This document shows positions 22,718-29,437 of a stretch of DNA of 29,437 nucleotides, one piece after another. Within the stretch, counting starts at the first letter, position 1. Each line of letters starts with the position of its first letter. The notes beneath the pieces were generated by a model. That model did no database searches and was not told the DNA's origin. It worked only from the letters and a program-made list of their open reading frames with translations. Both the position numbers and the translations under genes were made by a program. The DNA comes from Octopus sinensis (Eukaryota), in NCBI RefSeq assembly GCF_006345805.1, contig NW_021834102.1, forward strand, positions 1 through 29,437. Reading direction: 5' to 3'.

Positions 22718-23605
22718 TTTTCTATTCTAGACACAAGGCCCGAAATTTTTTTTTGGTGGAGGGGTGCAATCAATTAGATCGACTCTAGTACGCAACTGGT
22801 ACTTAATTTATCGACCCCTAAAGGCTCTATGTACAAAGCCCGAAGTTTTTGGGGAGGGACCAGTCGATTAAATCGACTCCAGTACTCAACTGGTACTTAA
22901 TTTATCGACCCCGAAAGGATGAAAGGCAAAGTCGACCTCGGCGAAATTTGAACTCAGAACGTAAAGACAAACGAAATACCATTAAACATTTCGCCCGGCG
23001 TGCTAACGTTTCTTATTTCTTTATTACCCACAAAGGACTAAACATAGAGGGGACAAACAAGGACAGACAAACGGATTAAGTCGATTACATAACCCCAGTG
23101 CGAAAGTAGAACTTAATTTATCGACACCGAAAGGATGAAAGTCAAAGTCGACCTCGGCGGAATTTGAACTCAAAACGTAACGGCAGAGGAAATACCTATT
23201 TCTTTACTACCCACAAGGGGCTAAACACAGAGGGGACAAACAAGGACAGACAAACGGATTAAGTCGATTATATCGACCCCAGTGCGTAACTGATACTTAA
23301 TTTATCGACCCCGAAAGGATGAAAGGCAAAGTCGACCTCGGAGGAATTTGAACTCAGAACGTAACGGCAGACGAAATACCTATTTCTTTGCTACCCACAA
23401 GGGGCTAAACACAGAGGGGACAAACAAGGACAGACAAACGGATTAAGTCGATTATATCGAACCAGTGCGTAACTGATACTTAATTTATCGACCCCGAAAG
23501 GATGAAAGGCAAAGTCGACCTCGGAGGAATTTGAACTCAGAACGTAACGCCGACGAAATACCACGAAGCATTTCGCCCGGCGTGCTAACGATTCAGCCAG
23601 CTCGC
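22718..23605 (-). mobile_element. Composite SINE family B with about four core units
   Basis: Repeated GAAAGGATGAAAGGCAAAGTCGACCTCGG. Head sequences near 23000 and 23600. Confidence 0.88.
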
Positions 23606-23939
23606 TTGTGTCCCTTCGTATACTACAACATCGTTTAAATTTATTGAGAAAGAATACTTGATAACAGAATTTATTATCGTTATTGAAAAGAGCATTTTTT
23701 TCGTTATTCTGAATTTTGCTACTATGTTGCATATTCACAATACGAATATTAAGAGTGAATTTGACGTTTTCAACAATTTGTCCAGTTTAGAGAAGAAAGT
23801 TAAAGACATTTTCATTGGTAACCACTTTCGGTTTGTCAATCTGTTCAGATTCTGAAATAAATCTGAATTCGGATTTCATTGTCTCTCGTTCTCATTCACG
23901 TATTCATATTTTGCACCTATGTCCCACTTGTACGGGGAT

Positions 23940-24275
23940 TTAGGCAAAAATACTTAATGTGGATATAAAAAAAGTAAGTAAAAAGAAAATAAACAAGATC
24001 CGATCAATGACCAACGCAACCTGCTGCCACTCAGAAGAGATTTCTTGGCGTGCATCAGTGATGGTGGCTCGCTGGGCCAAATATTGGACGGATTTCTTGA
24101 TTTCGTCCATGTCTCTTTCCGATTTCGGCACGGCTGGACTGCCTTGCACGCCAGTTTTGGCGTCTCTCTCGTTAAATCTGTCCTGTCCGCGCATGCTCAG
24201 TGTCCCTTCTTCGTCAACTGCATAGTATGTATCGCCACCAAGACCAACCAGATGACGTATTCCACGCAGAAATAT
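23940..24275 (-). CDS. nAChR-like gene 2 (tandem paralog), terminal exon only; upstream exons not found in this window
   Basis: Acceptor tcattttttttccAG at the same position and phase as gene 1 (IFLRGIRHLVGLGGDTY vs IFLKGLRKLVCLGDDTY). Shares DARQEIxSEWQQxAxVIDRILFI with gene 1. Confidence 0.92.
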   Translation of the reverse strand: MFLRGIRHLVGLGGDTYYAVDEEGTLSMRGQDRFNERDAKTGVQGSPAVPKSERDMDEIKKSVQYLAQRATITDARQEISSEWQQVALVIDRILFIFFLLTFFISTLSIFA

Positions 24276-24648
24276 CTGGAAAAAAAATGACAGAGAGACA
24301 TAGAGATAGAGATGGAGAGAGTGAAAGTGTGTGTGAAATAGAGATCATGCAAGGGGGAGGGGTGACAAGGGGAGATAACTTTTAGGCCTTTGTCGCATTA
24401 TATTGTCTATGTCCTATAATTTTAGAATGATTTAGCTGCTATTTCTCGCAAATCAAGCAGTGGTGGTGGTGGTGATGGTGGTGGTGGTGGTAGAATTAAG
24501 AAATTAAACCCAATAGATTTCAACTGGACTATTTATTATTGGTTCCAGGAGATGTTGGGCCAATCGTCGTAGAGTTGATCGGTCGTAAGTCGGATATGTC
24601 CTAAATCGGATTTGCCGTAAGTTGGACAGATCGTAAGTCGACTACGAC

Positions 24649-24710
<62 letters not shown>

Positions 24711-24742
24711 ATTTGAGGATGGTTATATATGTGTGTGTGAGT

Positions 24743-24782
<40 letters not shown>

Positions 24783-24960
24783 TGTGCGTGCGTGTGTGTA
24801 TTTATGTATCGCAACCAATCCAAGTTGAAAATGTCGATGCGCAGCGGTAAAAGAAACAAACGCTATTTTATCTAAAATAATAATCTTTATTAGAGTAGAA
24901 AACCAGAGAGTCGCTTCTGTGCGTTCATTTCAAACTCCATGTTCTACCTATGAGAGAGAG

Positions 24961-25341
24961 GAGCACTCCGTCGGTTACGACGATGAGGGTCCTAGCTGAT
25001 ACGATCAACGGAACAGCTTGCTCGTGATATTAACGTGCAAGTGGCTGAGCATTCCACAGACATGTGGACCCTTAACGTAGTTCTCGAGGAGATTCAGCGT
25101 GACACAGAGTGTGACAAGGCTGGCCCTTTGAAATACAGGTACAACAGAAACAGGAAGAAAGAGTGAGAGAAAGTTTTGGTGGAAGAGTACAGCAGGGTTC
25201 ACCACCATCCCCTGCAGGAGCCTTGTGAAGCTTTAGGTGTTTTCGCTCAATAAACACTCACAATGCCCGGTCTGGGAATCGAAACCGCGATCCAACGACC
25301 GCGTGTCCGCTGCCCTAACCACTGGGCCATTGCGCCTCCAC
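24961..25341 (-). mobile_element. SINE family A, full length
   Basis: Homologous to 3897-4280. Flanked by the direct repeat GTTCTACCTAT. Confidence 0.92.
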
Positions 25342-25719
25342 GTTCTACCTATAGAACCTAGCCAACAGCACAGGGAGGAAACAACAGATTAAGCGAGGGG
25401 GTGGGGGAGGAGGAAGGAGAGTAATTTTCTTCTTTCAGAAGAAAGAAGAAAAAAAATCAAGTTGAAAAATGTGACTTTGAAATGTCGTAACTCCGAAAGT
25501 TGTGCAAATGTTTTGTGAAGAAAAAAGAAAGTAAAAAAAAACAAAACAACGGACGAGCGGGAGCTGTGACGATTCTTTGACGGGTCACCGCCGCATATTA
25601 TTATCAACTTGATCTTTTTTTTTTTTTTCTTGAAGGGGGGAAATGACTATTTTATTTGTAATCTTCAGCATCTTAATCAAAGGACAGGAAAATAGACGTT
25701 GAGTTTTAGCATAATGTAG

Positions 25720-26000
25720 ATACACACACACAAACACACACACGCACGACACACACACACATGTATGTATGTATGTGTGTGTGTGTGTATGTGTGTATGT
25801 ATGTGTGTGTATGTATGTATGTATGTATGTGTGTGTATGTATGCATGTATGTATGTTTGTATGTTTGTATGTATGTATGTTTGAATGTTTGTATGTGTGT
25901 GTGTATGTATGTAGGTATGTATGTGTGTGTGTGTGTATGTATGTTTGTATGTATGTGTGTATGTATGTATGTGAGTGTGTGTGTATGTATGTATGTTTGT
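25720..26000. repeat. (CA)n / (TATG)n / (TG)n microsatellite
   Basis: Directly visible. Confidence 0.95.
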
Positions 26001-26248
26001 CACTGAGCAATTTTATTTCAAGACTTCTTGCTAATAGAGAAAGAACCGGTTCTTCGTTCTGCCAGCTCGCCGCCATATTTCAAATATATCCACGTGACCA
26101 TACGATGGACCGAACTTATCAGATGCTGTTACACATCGCTGGTCACAATGCGCTTTTGGCATTGTTTTGACCTTCGAATTGGCTCGGAGAGAAGGTTAAC
26201 ATTCCCGGCCTCACGCCACCCCACCACCACCACCACCATCACCACCAC

Positions 26249-26665
26249 CTATTTCTTTATTACCCACAAGGGGCTAAACATAGAGGGGACAAACAAGGAC
26301 AGACATAGGTATTAAGTCGATTATATCGACCCCCAGCGCGTAAGTGGTACTTATTTAATCGACCCCGAAAGGATGAAAGGCAAAGTCGACCTCGGCGGAA
26401 TTTGAACTCACAATGTAACGGCAGACGAAATACCTATTTCTTTACTACCCACAAGGGGCTAAACACAGAGGGGACAAACAAGGACAGACAAACGGATTAA
26501 GTCGATTATATCGACCCCGGAGCGTAACTGGTACTTTATTTATCGACCCCGAATGGATGAAAGGCAAAGTCGACCTCGGCGGAATTTGAACTCAGAACGT
26601 GACGGCAGACGAAATACCGCTAAGCACTTCGCCCGGCGTGCTAACGACTCTGCCAGCTCGCCGCC
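26249..26665 (-). mobile_element. SINE family B with two units
   Basis: Two cores, with the head at about 26620-26665. Confidence 0.88.
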
Positions 26666-26790
26666 TTCACCACCACCACGTGATGGAAAAGGGGATTGGA
26701 GCAACGTAAAAGGAAATGAACCGAACCTACAACCTAGCGATCGTTAGTACAATAGCCTAACCACTGGGCTATGCACCTTCACATTTCAAA

Positions 26791-27490
26791 TATTGGGTTG
26801 GTGCATAATCATTGTGGTTTCATTTTTTTCAACAAATTTTTTTCAACAAAAACAATAACACCATGTAACAAAAACATCTTTAAATGATTATTCCGGAGCA
26901 TATTCACCATCTACTTCAATCTCTGCTTCCCATTTGCTTGGCAGACGGTCAGACCGTCATTTAACGATGTTTGCTTTATTTAAAATATTGTTATTATTTT
27001 TGTTGAATAAAATTTGTTGAAAAAAAGCTGCAATAATTATGAGTGTATGTGTGATAAGTAGCTTGCTATTATATATATATATAGGTGTGTGTGTATATGT
27101 TTGTGTGTCTGTGTTTGTCCCCCTAGCATTGCTTGACAACCGATGCTGGTATGCTTACGTCCCCGTCACTTAGCGGTTCGGCAAAATAGACAGATAGAAT
27201 AAGTACTGGGCTTACAAAGAATAAGTCCCGGGGTCGATTTGCTCGACTAAAGGCGGTGCTCCAGTATGGCCGCAGTCAAATGACTGAAACAAGTAAAAGA
27301 GAAAAAGAGTAAATGATTATTCCGGAGCATATTCACCATCTACTTCAATCTCTGCTTTCCCATTTGCTTGGCAGACGGTCAGACCGTCATTTAACGATGC
27401 TTTTGCTTTTTTTTTAAATATTGTTATTATTTTTGTTGAATAAAATTTGTTGAAAAAAAAGCTGCAATAATTATGCGCTAACCCAGTATA
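26791..27490. mobile_element. Mariner-derived MITE carrying a nested family C SINE (27042-27310) and a ~160-bp duplication
   Basis: TIRs TA-TTGGGTTGGTGCATAAT and ATTATGCGCTAACCCAG-TA resemble Hsmar1/MADE1-type TIRs (from memory). Minus strand remnant IEVDGEY resembles the mariner C-terminus. Confidence 0.75.
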
Positions 27491-27546
27491 TAAATGTATC
27501 AAATTCTCGCTGCAAACATGATTTGAAATGCTTCACAAAATCTCAA

Positions 27547-27593
<47 letters not shown>

Positions 27594-27854
27594 ACACACA
27601 TTTCAAAAATAGTTTTCAGTTACTTAAAGAGATCGTTGACATTTCAGTGGTGATTTCTCGCAAATATGTGCGCATAGCAAATAAGTTTAGGATAAAAGTT
27701 GTGATGGGGCCAGAAAATTTAAGAATAATGTCTGGTGGTAAGGTACAGGGTGGATTGGATGTTGTTATGTGAGGCAAAGGATGGCGCCGCGTATGGGAGG
27801 CAGGAAGCAAGGGTTTGTTTTTCGTTTCGATGTTGGGTGTCATTCTGAGAAAAA

Positions 27855-28345
27855 AGATGGTGGGGGGAGGGGGGGTTGATGACGATGGAGGTGATGGTAG
27901 GGGTGGAGGTAGTGGCGGGGGGGCTGTCATTGATGATAAAATTGATGATGATGATGATGATGATGGTGGTGGTGGGGTTTGTGGTGGTGGTGGGGTTTGT
28001 GGTAGTTATAGCGGTGGGGTGGTGGTGGGAGATGGTGATTGTGTTACAGTAGTGGTGGTGGTGATATTGGTGGGGAGGAGGGAGGCGGTGGGTAGTAGTG
28101 GCGACGGTGGCAGTTGTGGTAGTTATTGAAGGTTGTGTCGGTGGGTGGTGTCACTGGTGGTAGTGGTGGTGGTGGTGGCAGTTGTGGTAGTTACAGGGAT
28201 GGTGGTATTGAAGGTTGTGTCGGTGGTGGTAGTGGTGGTGGTGGTGGTGGTGGCGGTGGTGGTGGTGGTGGTGGTGGTGGTGGCATGGTAGCGGTAGTGG
28301 TGGTGGTGGTGGTGGTGGCATGGTGGTGGTGGTGGTGGTGGTGGT
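27855..28345. repeat. (GGT)n-rich low-complexity tract
   Basis: Directly visible. Confidence 0.92.
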
Positions 28346-28816
28346 GTCTGGTGTTAATTTATATTTTCTTTTGCGATAAAGATTGTGATATAGTGTTGGT
28401 GCTAGCGTTGCCATAATAGGAGACCAGAGTCGATGCAAGGCTGTTGCAAGCAGCGCGACTGCAGCGACAGCGACATCTGCAGAGTATGGCGAAGAGAGGC
28501 AGCACATTGCAGAATGTTCACGGGAGAAGCAAAGGATTCGAGAATGAAGATAAGCAGATATTAAGTAACTTGTTTCGTATCCCGGGTAGAAAAGAAATAT
28601 AAGCTGAAGCCACTATATGCATGCATGCACACATGTATGTATATATGTATGTATGCACTATATACGAAGGTACCTGCTTGCATGTATGTAGTAGGTAGGT
28701 AGGTAGGTAGGTAGGTAGGTATGTCATTATTCAGCTTTATTTCAAGATTTATCGAGAGTGAACCAGATTCTTAGATGCAGGACACCTTCATTGGAATTTC
28801 AGCAATACCAACAGGG

Positions 28817-29437
28817 TATGTATGTATGTATGTATGTATGTATGTATGTATGTATGTATGTAGTATGTATGTGTGTATGTATGCATGTATGTATGTATGC
28901 ATGCATGTATGTATGTATGTATGTATGTATGCATGCATATATGTATGTATGTATGCATGCATGTATGTATGTATGCATGCATGTATGCATGCATGTATGT
29001 ATGTATGTTATGTATGTATGTATGTATGTATGTGTGTGTGAGATTGTGTGTACGCATGCATATATACATGTATGTATGTATGTATATATGTATACATGCA
29101 TGCATGTATGTATGTATGTATGCATGCATACATGCATGTATGTATGTATGTATGGATATATGTGTGTATGTATGTATGCATGCATGCATGTATGCATGCA
29201 CGTATGTATGGATGTATGTATGTATGTATGTATGTATGTATGTATGTATGTGTGTGTGCGATTGTGTGTATGTATGTATGTATGTATGTATGTATGTATG
29301 TATGTATGTATGTATGTATGTACGTATGTATGTATGTATGTATGTACGTATGTATTTATGTATGTATGTATGTGGGTGTGTCGGATTGTGTGTATGTATG
29401 TATGTATGTATGTATGTATGTATGTATGTATGTATGT
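28817..29437. repeat. (TATG)n/(CATG)n microsatellite running off the window end
   Basis: Directly visible. Confidence 0.97.

Noticed and set aside
24530-24655. Possible pogo/Tigger-like terminus (TA-CAGGTCGTAGTCGACTTACGA on the minus strand) with short CGTAAGT repeats
   Set aside because: No matching second terminus was found, so it is too weak to call.
27616-27930. ORF containing ITTFILNL, resembling the end of M3 for gene 2
   Set aside because: There is no full hydrophobic helix, no RxP/MP motif and no suitable donor site. Gene 2 upstream exons probably lie beyond the window.

Overview
AT-rich eukaryotic genomic DNA, dense in microsatellites and SINEs. It is most likely from an octopus or other coleoid cephalopod, inferred from the repeat landscape with no database check. 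Most ORFs in the supplied track are microsatellite or transposon artefacts. Reading splice sites by hand gives one complete 8-exon gene on the minus strand (ATG at 15621, stop at 28-30). All its introns are GT-AG with compatible phases, and the 1383-nt CDS encodes a 460-aa Cys-loop (nicotinic acetylcholine receptor-like) subunit. The last exon of a second, tandem paralog lies on the same strand at 23940-24275. The complete subunit keeps most of the alpha-type agonist site (loop B Trp, loop C Y-x-C-C-x3-Y). It has lost loop A Tyr and the K145/D200 coupling pair, and it has a strongly divergent M2 pore (V at 9', N at 16', A at 6', K at -2'). The rest of the window is transposons and simple repeats: at least four tRNA-type SINE families (one forming a ~184-bp tandem array), R4/Dong-type and RTE-type LINE fragments, a (TAA)n-embedded non-autonomous element, a non-autonomous Helitron, mariner/Tc1 derivatives and a ~287-bp foldback palindrome.
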